Part shown: positions 1 to 9,704 of the stretch, in pieces
Position numbering within the stretch: position 1 is the stretch's first letter
Layout: each line of letters begins with the position of its first letter
Translations under genes and position numbers: made by a program
From: Chloroflexota bacterium
GTDB taxonomy: Bacteria; Bacteroidota; Ignavibacteria; Kapaibacteriales; UBA961
Direction of reading: 5' to 3'
NCBI GenBank assembly: GCA_041917875.1
Contig: JAYRWZ010000170.1
Coordinates: 1 to 40,217, forward strand
DNA length: 40,217 bases
Notes under the pieces: generated by a model
Seen by the model: only the letters and a program-made list of their open reading frames with translations
Told to the model about the DNA's origin: nothing
Databases searched by the model: none

Positions 1-1656
1 TAAATGCGGCAGATTATCAATAAATCGTATTGAATATGGGAACCGGTTTTCACTATCATCAAGTACAGAAGAAATACCTCCTTCACCAATAAGTGCACCG
101 GCAACCGCATTACCTGACCTTGTATTTCCACGAAAATCACGAGTAATAGCATTGCCATAATTTCCGGCGGGTGATAGTGGCATTGATGGGCGATCATTGC
201 CTGCAAAATCGGGTATTGGAAATGTTGTCACCTGATACACAGAACTATTTTTTATCGGTACAAAATTACCCGCAGCAGGGTTCTGTAATTGCGGCTCACG
301 ACTATTAATAGCATTGTCAGCAAGTAATTGTGCTGTATTGCATGTAGGATTATTCGATGAACAACCGCTTTCACCTTCACCAACTCCTAAAGCATGATTA
401 GCACTGCCATTCCAAATAATATTACCGCGAATACGAAGATTTTCATCTGCATTAGCAGGGTTGGGAGCATTCACATTTATATTCCATTCACCGCTATATG
501 GCGCAGGAATAAAAAAATGTTGCCACAAACTTTGATAACCGGTCGGATTATAAACAATATTATTAAAAATATACACATTTTTATTGGGAATACGCACATA
601 ATTAATGCCGTCTGATACTAAGGAATTTCCCCATCCACCCATTTTCCTATAAACATCGCATGAATCAAAATCGCCTCCCGGTTCACCATCACAAGAACGT
701 CCTCCGAATGTTACCTCGACCACATGACTTCGCTCCCCAACACGATAGCACGTATTATGCGCTATGACAATATTATATCCGCCATTAACGCCAAAGCCCG
801 CACCTTCCACATCATGAACAATATTATTAATAAACTTACAATCATACGTTTCATAGTGAAGAAATGGCGGTGTCATAAATTGAAATCCTGTTCCTTGGCC
901 GGCAGTAAATCCTCCCGTTCCTGTAGTATATATTTCATTGCCTTCTACACGAAAATATGCGGAACCGCCTTTGAGATATAATCCCCAATCACCGCAATTA
1001 TGGATTTTATTGGCAACGATATGTCCATATTGCACCGCAACAAAGTCCACGGCATTATCCCATGCACCGGAAATGTCATTGTCTTCAATGTAAATATATT
1101 GGGATTGATTTACTTTTAAACATTCTTGCGTCATATCCCGGTTAGCAATCAATGTACAATTTCTCAATAAAATATGATCGCTGAATTGTAAATGGACAAT
1201 GTCAGCAGTAGCAAACATTGTATCTTCCAATATTAAATCCATAAAGTAAACATAACTGCACAAAGCCATATTGATGCCGGCAGTAATTTTCACAGAATTT
1301 TTGTTTTCGGCAGGACGAATAATAATTGGGTACCGTGCTGTACCATATCGCTCATCCCAATACAAGGGCATATCATCAGATGTATAGACACCGGGCTTTA
1401 AATTTATGCGCCAACCGTTACCTGTCAACTCTTCATTGGCAGGAATACTTTCCCATGCTGCATAGACCGTTTTATAAGGACGTGTACTTGATCCCGGATT
1501 ATCATCATTGCCGTTGACAGGATCAACCCAAATATCGCGCACCGACGGATTACCTATATCATATCGTATAGGTGTCATTGATTGTCCGTTAGCGTGGTAA
1601 ACACTTTGCACACACCACATTGCAATCATCATACAAAATAGAAGACTTCGACGCAT
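1..1656 (-). CDS. Secreted right-handed parallel beta-helix (pectate-lyase-fold) protein, partial; the C-terminus runs off the window
   Basis: I checked every minus-frame triplet from the ATG at 1654-1656 to position 1 and found no stop. The ORF is missing from the supplied track because it has no stop in the window. My translation starts MRRSLLFCMMIAMWCVQSVYHANGQ (signal peptide). It then shows repeated beta-helix turn motifs: ILLRNCTLIAN, IYIEDNDISG, CKFINNIVHDVEGAG, IVIAHNTCY, VYIFNNIVYN, RIRGNIIWNG. Confidence 0.6.
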   Translation of the reverse strand, partial: MRRSLLFCMMIAMWCVQSVYHANGQSMTPIRYDIGNPSVRDIWVDPVNGNDDNPGSSTRPYKTVYAAWESIPANEELTGNGWRINLKPGVYTSDDMPLYWDERYGTARYPIIIRPAENKNSVKITAGINMALCSYVYFMDLILEDTMFATADIVHLQFSDHILLRNCTLIANRDMTQECLKVNQSQYIYIEDNDISGAWDNAVDFVAVQYGHIVANKIHNCGDWGLYLKGGSAYFRVEGNEIYTTGTGGFTAGQGTGFQFMTPPFLHYETYDCKFINNIVHDVEGAGFGVNGGYNIVIAHNTCYRVGERSHVVEVTFGGRSCDGEPGGDFDSCDVYRKMGGWGNSLVSDGINYVRIPNKNVYIFNNIVYNPTGYQSLWQHFFIPAPYSGEWNINVNAPNPANADENLRIRGNIIWNGSANHALGVGEGESGCSSNNPTCNTAQLLADNAINSREPQLQNPAAGNFVPIKNSSVYQVTTFPIPDFAGNDRPSMPLSPAGNYGNAITRDFRGNTRSGNAVAGALIGEGGISSVLDDSENRFPYSIRFIDNLPHL

Positions 1657-1850
1657 ATAACAACCTCACTTTGAATAAACTTAAGTGCAAAAATGTGAAA
1701 CTTTACTCACATAATGCGCAACTCGGTCAATTGTTACACAAGTTATAACTGCATTGTTCAAAAATGGGCATTCTTAGGAAAGGTAGAAATTTCAATACCA
1801 TAAAAAAAACAATAGACGCAATATTCATTTCAGAGTCGCTGTTTCTATAC

Positions 1851-1880
1851 TGCTCTCCCCCGTGTTTTCGAGGGAGAGCA
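1851..1880 (-). terminator. GC-rich hairpin just after the GNAT stop; putative end of the sigma operon
   Basis: Perfect 9-bp inverted repeat tgctctccc / gggagagca (1851-1859 / 1872-1880) with a 12-nt loop, 17 nt past the stop at 1897. There is no immediate U-tract; a T8 run lies about 40 nt further downstream on the minus strand. Confidence 0.4.
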
Positions 1881-1896
1881 GCAAAACATACCACCA

Positions 1897-2337
1897 TTAT
1901 TCCATCTTTGGGCGTTTCATGTGCAGTAGTGGATAGGGCTTTCCGCTGCCGTCTGTTTCTGATCTGTCATAGACCCTAAATCCGTTTTTTTCATAAAAAT
2001 TTCTTGCATGACTATTCTGTTCATTCACATCTACCATATATGCATGGCAATGTTTAATGGCAAACCATAACAGCGCTTTACCAATTCCTTTCCCCATCAT
2101 AGCCGGTAAAACAAATAACATTTCTATTTTTCTATCAACAACCCCAATAAAACCAGGAAGTGTTGTATCTTCTTTTGCACAAAATATAGGGATATTTTCA
2201 AAATCAATCTCATTTACTAATGCTGCAAAGAAGACAATATCATCCTCAGCCAAAAACAGATGTGTTGCCCGCACGGATTGCTCCCAGATTTGTATAATCT
2301 GTTCACGCATTGAATTATGATAAGGTAGTATTTCCAT
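1897..2337 (-). CDS. GNAT-family N-acetyltransferase
   Basis: 146 aa. It has an acetyl-CoA binding motif (LPAMMGKGIGKALL) followed by ARNFYEKNGF, which is typical of GNAT motifs A and B. It starts 6 nt after the upstream gene's stop. Confidence 0.8.
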   Translation of the reverse strand: MEILPYHNSMREQIIQIWEQSVRATHLFLAEDDIVFFAALVNEIDFENIPIFCAKEDTTLPGFIGVVDRKIEMLFVLPAMMGKGIGKALLWFAIKHCHAYMVDVNEQNSHARNFYEKNGFRVYDRSETDGSGKPYPLLHMKRPKME

Positions 2338-2343
2338 AAAAAA

Positions 2344-5106
2344 TTATAAAACAAATCGTAAAGCTACACCTAATCGTACGGATAATGCTCTTTCATTATT
2401 ACGAAGCGGTGTCAAATTATAATGGAATTGTATCTGCGGTATAAGAGAAGAACGTCGAGAAATAATCTCATACCCTAAACCCAGCATCATACCGGCTTGC
2501 CATGGTTTCAAATCAGATATCGAACCCGAGGATATTGTTGCACCGGAAGCAGCCATTACCAGACTATTATCACGCAGATAAAGTAGTGAATCGGGTGCTG
2601 TTACCGCTACATCGCGTGAGGAACCGAGGATGAGACTTGATGTCAAACCACCGAAAATATTTATCCCTTTATAGACATCGTAGCGATAATATGCAGCTAA
2701 TTGCAGAGAATGCAGTGTAGTATTCGATGTAAATAATCCATTGCCCATACCATTTTTTAATATAAGAGTATCATTTCCGGAATTGCTCATATTTTGTTTA
2801 TCATAGAGCAATGAGAAATTAAATGCACTTTTTCCGTACATCGGATCTCCGATACGAGATTCCATCTCAAATCCTGCCGTAAATCCTGTTTCAAATGTAC
2901 TGTTTGGAAGAGTAACAATAGAAGAATTATGAGAAAATGTTTCCTTAGCAATCCAAGAGCTGTTTATTGAATAAATTAATCCCCAATAGATTCTTGCCGG
3001 CTTCCCTTGAAAAGGCATCAAAGGATCAGCATCCGACTCATAGGTTCTTGATCCGCGTGCAAAAATAGATCGGCTTGAAGACCGAGATAATGGTTCTGAG
3101 CTTTTGACTTCAACTTCACTTCTATCGGCAATAACACCTGAGATTAATGCAACTGCATTTTGCACCATTTCATCTTTAGAATTATTATTTCCGATTTCTT
3201 GGCTGATAGCTGTATCAGGACGACTGTTTTTCGCTCGTATATTTTTATCAATAGCTATAAATGATGTATATTTTGTCAGTAAATTATAGCGCAAGCCCAA
3301 ATCGGTAATTTCTTTTTTATAGTCAATACTTGCACCTGTCATTGCAGGGGTATTTTGTTCATCATCTAAAAGGGAAATTTTATTTTTTGCCCATAAATAT
3401 CGTAAAGCAGAATGTTCCGCTATTGATGGAGCAGCTTCAACAGCATGACTAAATGTTAAAGCACCGTCGGCAGCATCACCTTTTAATGTTATAGTTCCCG
3501 TTTTTTTACCTTTCCATTTGCCATAAACAATAATAGGTCTTTTTCCCGTTACATCGGGAATACTTGGCAAATCTAAGTCATAGACATCAAAATCACCATA
3601 ATCTACGGTAATATGACTAAGGACAGGTGCCTGTATATATGATACAAATTTTTCTGCGACATCATCTGTCTCCGATGGTTTCATGACAATAAATGGACTT
3701 CCTTTACCTGCACGAGCTATCCCTTCAATTAACCAACGATTGACACTGCTTCCAATGCCGAAAGAATAGACATTTGCTTTATCTAATTTGCTTGTGATCA
3801 ACTGAAATGCCTCACGTTCAACAGAAACATATCCATCCGTCAGAATAATAAATGTCCGTGATAATTTGGCATCTGTTTCCAGAGAAAAGGCGGCTCTTAG
3901 TGCCGGTAATAATTCAGTACCGCCACCATCATATCCTGTATTGAGAAAATTAATTGCCTTGGCTTTATTATCATCGGTTGCCGGTAAAGATATTGTGGAT
4001 AATACACTTTGTCCACCGGAAAACTTCATAATATTGATTTTATCAATCGGGCGCATAGTTTCCAATAAATCTTTAATCATTGATTTGGCAGTTTCAAGAG
4101 GAAATCCTGACATTGACCCGGAAACATCAACAATAAACACATATTCTCTTGGCATAAGATTTTTCACAATAATATCGGACGGCGGTTGCACCATCAGCAT
4201 AAAATAATTTTCATCCTTACCTTCATAGAGCAATAATCCCGACTCCATTGAAGGTCCCGCTAATGAATATTCAATCACAATATCACGCGAACCCGAAAGT
4301 TCATCTTTACTTGACAAAGCCATAGTTGTGATGGCATTATTTTTTCCGAGAGCAGTAATTTTTCCTGTTTTTACATCTTTAGTGACTATATCCATTGCAT
4401 GAGAAGGGCTACGCAAAGTACGCAGCGGTACACCTGTGGATAAGGTTGAACTAAATTTCAATGTACCCGGCATAATCCTTGAATTTGTTTGTTCATTAAG
4501 TGCTTGCACCAAATCATTATTTGTACCGGCGGCAACATAACGGGGTCCGACTACGGCAGGATACATAAATTGATAGATATTATTTTCCGGCACAAGCATT
4601 TCCGTATAAGATATTGTTACGGTGATGCTGTCACCTTTCAAAATATTTGCCACATTCATTCTAAAAACATTAGGTGTAATTTCTTCTAATAACGATGTAG
4701 ATTTACCTTGTTCTTTTGCTTTGGTATAATCAATTCTTGCTTGTTTTTTTTCTTTTACCACAGCAGTAATGAGGCGATCTTCCACTTGCATTTTCATATC
4801 ATACACAGCAGCTTTTGTTGAAGCCGGAAATACATAGATTGCCTCAATAGGTTCAACACCATTATTGACATAAATCTGACGTATTGTCACATCGGCAATC
4901 ATCCCGACAATACGTACATTGACATCAGTTAATCCTAAAGGGAAATTATCTGCATTTCCTTTAGTAATATAAAAGCGCGGAGACATAGTATTTTCATTGT
5001 CTAAAGCATTCTGAATCTTTAGATTATTTTGTGCAAACATAATGACAGGAAATCCTATTATGCCAATCATTACAACTATAATATGATTATAGAAATTCTT
5101 TTTCAT
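2344..5106 (-). CDS. VIT domain + von Willebrand factor A domain protein with a C-terminal outer-membrane beta-barrel-like domain
   Basis: N-terminal signal/anchor (IIVVMIGIIGFPVIMFAQ). VIT-like region: VNVRIVGMIADVTIRQIYVNN...ITVTISYTEML. vWA with MIDAS motif: YVFIVDVSGSMSG...IILTDGYV. The last ~250 aa have alternating-hydrophobic beta-strand character and end LGVALRFVL. I chose the start at ATG 5106 because AAGGAG lies 8-13 nt upstream; the track's GTG at 5115 is an alternative. Confidence 0.8.
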   Translation of the reverse strand: MKKNFYNHIIVVMIGIIGFPVIMFAQNNLKIQNALDNENTMSPRFYITKGNADNFPLGLTDVNVRIVGMIADVTIRQIYVNNGVEPIEAIYVFPASTKAAVYDMKMQVEDRLITAVVKEKKQARIDYTKAKEQGKSTSLLEEITPNVFRMNVANILKGDSITVTISYTEMLVPENNIYQFMYPAVVGPRYVAAGTNNDLVQALNEQTNSRIMPGTLKFSSTLSTGVPLRTLRSPSHAMDIVTKDVKTGKITALGKNNAITTMALSSKDELSGSRDIVIEYSLAGPSMESGLLLYEGKDENYFMLMVQPPSDIIVKNLMPREYVFIVDVSGSMSGFPLETAKSMIKDLLETMRPIDKINIMKFSGGQSVLSTISLPATDDNKAKAINFLNTGYDGGGTELLPALRAAFSLETDAKLSRTFIILTDGYVSVEREAFQLITSKLDKANVYSFGIGSSVNRWLIEGIARAGKGSPFIVMKPSETDDVAEKFVSYIQAPVLSHITVDYGDFDVYDLDLPSIPDVTGKRPIIVYGKWKGKKTGTITLKGDAADGALTFSHAVEAAPSIAEHSALRYLWAKNKISLLDDEQNTPAMTGASIDYKKEITDLGLRYNLLTKYTSFIAIDKNIRAKNSRPDTAISQEIGNNNSKDEMVQNAVALISGVIADRSEVEVKSSEPLSRSSSRSIFARGSRTYESDADPLMPFQGKPARIYWGLIYSINSSWIAKETFSHNSSIVTLPNSTFETGFTAGFEMESRIGDPMYGKSAFNFSLLYDKQNMSNSGNDTLILKNGMGNGLFTSNTTLHSLQLAAYYRYDVYKGINIFGGLTSSLILGSSRDVAVTAPDSLLYLRDNSLVMAASGATISSGSISDLKPWQAGMMLGLGYEIISRRSSLIPQIQFHYNLTPLRNNERALSVRLGVALRFVL

Positions 5107-5118
5107 TATCCACACTCC

Positions 5119-6393
5119 TTACTTAGTTATTATAAGTCTTGTTACAGATTGTACCCCTTTGTGATTGGCAGCAACAACATGATATATACCATTAGGCAAT
5201 TGAAATTCAAGAGGGATTGTCACTGTAGTATTTGCTTGTACCATCATTGCCGGTATATTCATCAGAAGTTGACCGTCCAAAGAATAAATCCCGATAATTA
5301 TCTCCTGATCCTGTCTTGATTTGAGTGCAACCTGTGTCATATTTTGTGCAGGATTTGGCGCAAGATATTGAATTGCTATCTCAAAGTTATCAGAATACTG
5401 TTGTTCATTCGATTGTTCAATGGATTGTTTTTCTTTCCGATTTTCTTCAAAGGGATTTTGTATCCTTGCAGGGGGTATTATATCGCGCACATTATTTGTC
5501 GGATAATACCACAACACTAATGATGTTTTTGTTCCTTTAATTGGTATTTTTACAGGAATTAATGAAACAAGAATAGAGTTTTCTTCAGCATTCATTGTTC
5601 CGGTAAATAATTTCTTTAGCAATTTCTTAGTCTGTTGATGTATATTTTCATGTGTGGTATTACATAACAATACTGAAGCATAATTTTTACCTTGATATCG
5701 CACATCATGTGTTATGATTTGTGGTTGCGGGATGGCATTACCTGTGACATCTTGCTTATCAGTTTCTGCCGGTAATAATTCAGCTTTTATGCTAAACTCT
5801 TCGGCATACATTTTTAAGTGAACGGGAATAGACATTGCTGTTGTGTCATAACCGTATCTATAAAGAAGAGGCACTATTTTCGTTGATTGTATTGATGATG
5901 CCGAATATGTACCCTCACGTTTTTTAAGAATATCCACCAATGTTGAAGGATTGTTTTTTTCTACAAGAATACTCACTGTAAATTCTGTGACACCGTCCGA
6001 CAATACAAGACCTAATTTCTCACTGTCTTTTCTTTGTACATTATACATTTCCTGATTTTCTATTTTTCCGGGTAAAAGTAAAGGTTCAGGTTTTTCTGTA
6101 CTTGCTGTTATGGCGGCATCATCCGCTTTCATCGTTGTCTTGCTTTTTGGTGGATGGGGCAATGCTTGTACAGGATGATCATTATCGTCAAGCGGAAGAA
6201 GTGTAACAAGTGTGAGTCCCGATAGCAATATATTCATAATCATAACAAATCTCCAAAATAAAGTTTCACCTTTGTTTGCTGATTGTGAATCGGAAAGGCG
6301 CAATAATTCTATCAGTTCCGTTTCAGAAAACAACGGATCATTATTCGTAAAATCAGATGCTTTTCGCAATTCGTCTTCGAGAGTTTTTTTCAT
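5119..6393 (-). CDS. Single-pass membrane protein in the anti-sigma position, with a T9SS (Por) C-terminal sorting domain
   Basis: About 45 aa of cytoplasmic N-terminus, then a TM segment (FWRFVMIMNILLSGLTLVTLLPL). The C-terminal ~85 aa fit the Por_Secre_tail pattern (LAPNPAQNMTQVAL...IGIYSLDGQLL...LPNGIYHVVAANHKGVQSVTRLIITK). AGGAG lies upstream of the ATG, which is 25 nt downstream of the ECF sigma gene. No recognisable zf-HC2 anti-sigma motif is present, so the anti-sigma role is positional inference only. Confidence 0.5.
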   Translation of the reverse strand: MKKTLEDELRKASDFTNNDPLFSETELIELLRLSDSQSANKGETLFWRFVMIMNILLSGLTLVTLLPLDDNDHPVQALPHPPKSKTTMKADDAAITASTEKPEPLLLPGKIENQEMYNVQRKDSEKLGLVLSDGVTEFTVSILVEKNNPSTLVDILKKREGTYSASSIQSTKIVPLLYRYGYDTTAMSIPVHLKMYAEEFSIKAELLPAETDKQDVTGNAIPQPQIITHDVRYQGKNYASVLLCNTTHENIHQQTKKLLKKLFTGTMNAEENSILVSLIPVKIPIKGTKTSLVLWYYPTNNVRDIIPPARIQNPFEENRKEKQSIEQSNEQQYSDNFEIAIQYLAPNPAQNMTQVALKSRQDQEIIIGIYSLDGQLLMNIPAMMVQANTTVTIPLEFQLPNGIYHVVAANHKGVQSVTRLIITK

Positions 6394-6418
6394 GTATTTA
6401 TCTCCTACTAAGGAGTAA

Positions 6419-6940
6419 TCAAGATTCTGAAATAAGAGATTGTTGTTGCAATGTCACACCCAAAAGTTCAGCAAGAGTTTTTTTAGCTCTGAATATTCTT
6501 ACTTTAATGGAAGAAAGTGAGCCACCTTGAATTTCTTGAACTTCTTTATGTGATAAGCCGCTAATTTCACTAAGCATAATTGCCTCCCTTGCATCGGGCG
6601 ACAATTTTTCCATTGCCTGATATAAAATTGCTATATCCGTTGCCGTTTCGGGCGAAGTATAATTGCGGAATAATTCTTCCACCTGCTCTGCATCGGCAAT
6701 TGTTCTTTTGGCATATCTGCTTGATTGCGCCACCCTTGAGCATATTGTAAATAGATAGCTCAAAAAAGCCTTTTCTTCACGTATCATGTCAAATCCCTCA
6801 AATGCTTTCAATACTGTTTCACCGACAATGTCTTTTGCATCATCACGGTTACGCGTCACCGTTAATGCAAAACGCTCCAAGCGCGGATAAACCGGCTTCA
6901 GCAATGCCATAAATCGTTGTTGTTTTGTGTTTGTTTTCAT
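6419..6940 (-). CDS. ECF-type RNA polymerase sigma-70 family factor
   Basis: 173 aa. Region 2-like: DDAKDIVGETVLKAFEGF...FLSYLFTICSRV. Region 4 HTH-like: LSPDAREAIMLSEISGLSHKEVQEIQGGSLSSIKVRIFRAKKTL. The stop is TGA. Confidence 0.85.
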   Translation of the reverse strand: MKTNTKQQRFMALLKPVYPRLERFALTVTRNRDDAKDIVGETVLKAFEGFDMIREEKAFLSYLFTICSRVAQSSRYAKRTIADAEQVEELFRNYTSPETATDIAILYQAMEKLSPDAREAIMLSEISGLSHKEVQEIQGGSLSSIKVRIFRAKKTLAELLGVTLQQQSLISES

Positions 6941-7051
6941 ATCGGTTATCAGTATATCAACCTTTTCTGAACAGTAGGTGCATCATCGGTCATAAATAGT
7001 TACATTGAAGTAAAGATTTTCTTTCATGTATGTCTTGCCTCCACTACTGCA

Positions 7052-7085
7052 CAAAAAAAAAGTCCGTACAAACAATGTACAGACT
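7052..7085 (-). terminator. Rho-independent terminator after the PAP2 gene
   Basis: On the minus strand: AGTCTGTACA-TTGTT-TGTACGGACT, a 10-bp stem with one G-U pair, followed directly by T9. It lies 31 nt past the stop at 7116. Confidence 0.7.
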
Positions 7086-7115
7086 TTTCAATTTCAAAGA
7101 TATGTAAATATATTT

Positions 7116-8663
7116 CTACAATCCTGATTTATCAGCTTTACCCCGCGTAACAGCATATGCGCCAATCATTTTACCGTGTTCTAAACCTTTTTCACAGTCA
7201 AAGCGATAATGAATTCCGCCATAGATACGTGATAAAGAAGCTTCGTTTGCCATAGCATTAAATTCTTCAGCATTATTGGGGAAGATATACGATAATACTT
7301 CCGCAGCAGCACCGGAAAATGTGGAATGTCCGGAAGTGTAAGCAGGGAAATTCGGAATACCCGTTGATGTTTTAATTTCTGAAGACACCTCCGAAGGACG
7401 AGGCACTAAATAATAGTATTTCACATCCCAACAACAAATACCTGCATCCTGCATGGCACTATTCAATAATGCTAAAGTTCTGGCAGTACGCACCTCACTG
7501 AATTTGTTTGCATAGGTCAATGCCGCAGCTTTTCTGTTCCAGTGTCCGGGAGGAGTGTATGTGCCTGCTCCATCAGCCCAATACGATGCTATACGCACCT
7601 GTTCTCGGCTGCGATCTTTAGCAATAGCAATTAATTCATCAAGATCTTTTTTGAATGCGGGGCTATCGAATCCCGGAGGCTCACCAATAGCTGTACGCAT
7701 GGCTATTTTTTCTTGTGACCCAAAATTCCATGTTTTTACATTACCAAATGCTGGCAACATCGGTGGACGCGGTGGAACTTCGCGGCTTGTCCAAATAAGT
7801 CCAATACCGCGAGCTTTAGCATCGGCGATTTGATTTTGATAGCCCGGCTGATTATTCGCTCCGCCCATACCATCAGTTTTTGCATAGGCAATAATTTTGT
7901 CGGCAACGGCTTTACCTAATGCTTCGCCGGCATCAATATCGCTTTGTACATTCATTCCTGCCCATAATCTGCTATTTTTATGCTCATCAGATTTTTGTGT
8001 TAACAGCGGTACTTCTCCGGGGAACAAAAATTTGAGTACTTCACGTGATGCTGCCGCAATAACAGCATCCTCAGACGGATACGACGGTAAATCACTCTGC
8101 GGTAAACGAGCCGATGTACCGTTTTGTACCGTATAAGGTGCTTTTCTTCCATAGAGTTGCTTATAGTGATATGCAGCAACGAGAGCATCATATTGTGCTA
8201 TGGAGAGTAATGCAAAAGCCCGTGATGCATACGGAGGATTTGCAAATGGGTAACGAGGATTTTTTAATGGGTTTGCCGGATCAGGTACCGGATATTTACC
8301 ATTCTCATCATAATTCGGAGGTATATTATAGGCTGCTGCCAATTCACGAGCAATTTCATTCCAACGCATAACGCCTCCGGCACCCCAAAATTTGACTGCT
8401 TGTTGTTGTGCGTCATTAGGGTTTAATGCTTTAATTGCAGCAAGCTCTTGCAAATATTCATTAGATGTCACTTCGGTAGGCGCAGGAACGGTAATATCAG
8501 AAAAAGGTACAACAAACGGTTGCCATGTTCCTGCATTATTATCCGTATTTACCGGTGCATAGGGTTCAAGTTCTATCACATCAATCGATTTTTCCTCACA
8601 TCCGCTAAGTGCGAAGAAGAAAAAAGATATCAAAAAAGTACTGAGTGTATATCGTATTTTCAT
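7116..8663 (-). CDS. PAP2-superfamily (acid phosphatase / vanadium-haloperoxidase-like) lipoprotein
   Basis: All three PAP2 signature motifs are present: KYYYLVPRP (Kx6RP), TSGHS (SGH) and SRIYGGIHYRFD (SRx5Hx3D). Lipoprotein signal: MKIRYTLSTFLISFFFFALSGC. I chose the start at ATG 8663 (GAGAGGAC upstream) rather than the track's 8711, which would overlap the upstream gene. Confidence 0.75.
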   Translation of the reverse strand: MKIRYTLSTFLISFFFFALSGCEEKSIDVIELEPYAPVNTDNNAGTWQPFVVPFSDITVPAPTEVTSNEYLQELAAIKALNPNDAQQQAVKFWGAGGVMRWNEIARELAAAYNIPPNYDENGKYPVPDPANPLKNPRYPFANPPYASRAFALLSIAQYDALVAAYHYKQLYGRKAPYTVQNGTSARLPQSDLPSYPSEDAVIAAASREVLKFLFPGEVPLLTQKSDEHKNSRLWAGMNVQSDIDAGEALGKAVADKIIAYAKTDGMGGANNQPGYQNQIADAKARGIGLIWTSREVPPRPPMLPAFGNVKTWNFGSQEKIAMRTAIGEPPGFDSPAFKKDLDELIAIAKDRSREQVRIASYWADGAGTYTPPGHWNRKAAALTYANKFSEVRTARTLALLNSAMQDAGICCWDVKYYYLVPRPSEVSSEIKTSTGIPNFPAYTSGHSTFSGAAAEVLSYIFPNNAEEFNAMANEASLSRIYGGIHYRFDCEKGLEHGKMIGAYAVTRGKADKSGL

Positions 8664-8691
8664 AAAGTATGTCCTCTCATAATAAACAGTA

Positions 8692-9636
8692 TTACCGTAA
8701 TTTTGGTTCATTATCAGTGGTCATCTCCTCCTCACCACCAAATTGGAATATATAGCCGAAGCCGAGATTCAGCATCGTTGATTGTCCAAAATTGCGACCT
8801 GCAACCACTTGAGATGCATTCGCCATAACGGAAAGCATACCGATATTGTATCGTCCATATAGACCAACAGTAGATGATTGCATCATAACAGTAGGCGTAG
8901 GCATGGAATTATAGCGTATGTTGTCACCGCTCACACATGTGAATCTGTCGAAATAGGCATCCACCTGATAGTCAGAAGTTATATGCCCCACACGTAGAGT
9001 AAAATCCGCTGCATTAGGGATAGGAATTGAATTGGTATTATACAAACGACCATTATAAAAATATGACTCTTCATCAATATCTGTTTCACCGCGCATTGTA
9101 TAGCCGGCTTGGAACGTACCATACCAACCATCCTTTGTTGTAAAGTCTGCAACAGCACGTAAAGAACCTGACCATGTTCCCATACCAATACTGAGAGGTA
9201 ATTGATTTACCACATAATTATGCGTAGGAAGTGATCCGCCGATCGTTCCAAAAAAGGAGAGTGTTCCTAAGCTGGTTTCCGTGGTATAAGCATTATATTT
9301 CAACCACAAAGAAACATCTTGAAATCCTTGATAACCACTTAAATAACTATCACTAAATCCTGTAGTGACATACGGTAAGGAATAAATAACGTTCAAATCA
9401 TCACGCAAACCATATGCACCCATAAGTGTTATGACATGCGAACGAAAGGTACCCAGATTGGAATTGGAACGTTTCACATCAGATTCCCAATACTTAGACC
9501 ATGAGTTTTGCGAATAACTCAGAACCTGACAAAAACTGTTCTTTGACATCATAAGACCGTCTCCCGGAGTTTCTGCGCGTAGTGAGTGCGACAAAAACCC
9601 GACACCGATCATGGACAAAAGCATTAATCGTTTCAT
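8692..9636 (-). CDS. Outer-membrane beta-barrel protein (transporter-like)
   Basis: Signal peptide MKRLMLLSMIGVGFLSHSLRAETP. The protein is rich in aromatic and Gly residues with alternating strands, and has a C-terminal NLGFGYIFQF motif. Family assignment is uncertain. Confidence 0.55.
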   Translation of the reverse strand: MKRLMLLSMIGVGFLSHSLRAETPGDGLMMSKNSFCQVLSYSQNSWSKYWESDVKRSNSNLGTFRSHVITLMGAYGLRDDLNVIYSLPYVTTGFSDSYLSGYQGFQDVSLWLKYNAYTTETSLGTLSFFGTIGGSLPTHNYVVNQLPLSIGMGTWSGSLRAVADFTTKDGWYGTFQAGYTMRGETDIDEESYFYNGRLYNTNSIPIPNAADFTLRVGHITSDYQVDAYFDRFTCVSGDNIRYNSMPTPTVMMQSSTVGLYGRYNIGMLSVMANASQVVAGRNFGQSTMLNLGFGYIFQFGGEEEMTTDNEPKLR

Positions 9637-9704
9637 TATGGATAAAATCCGAGAAATTTATATAAAAGAATTGGGCAAATATATGAATTATACTTCACAT
9701 AAAA

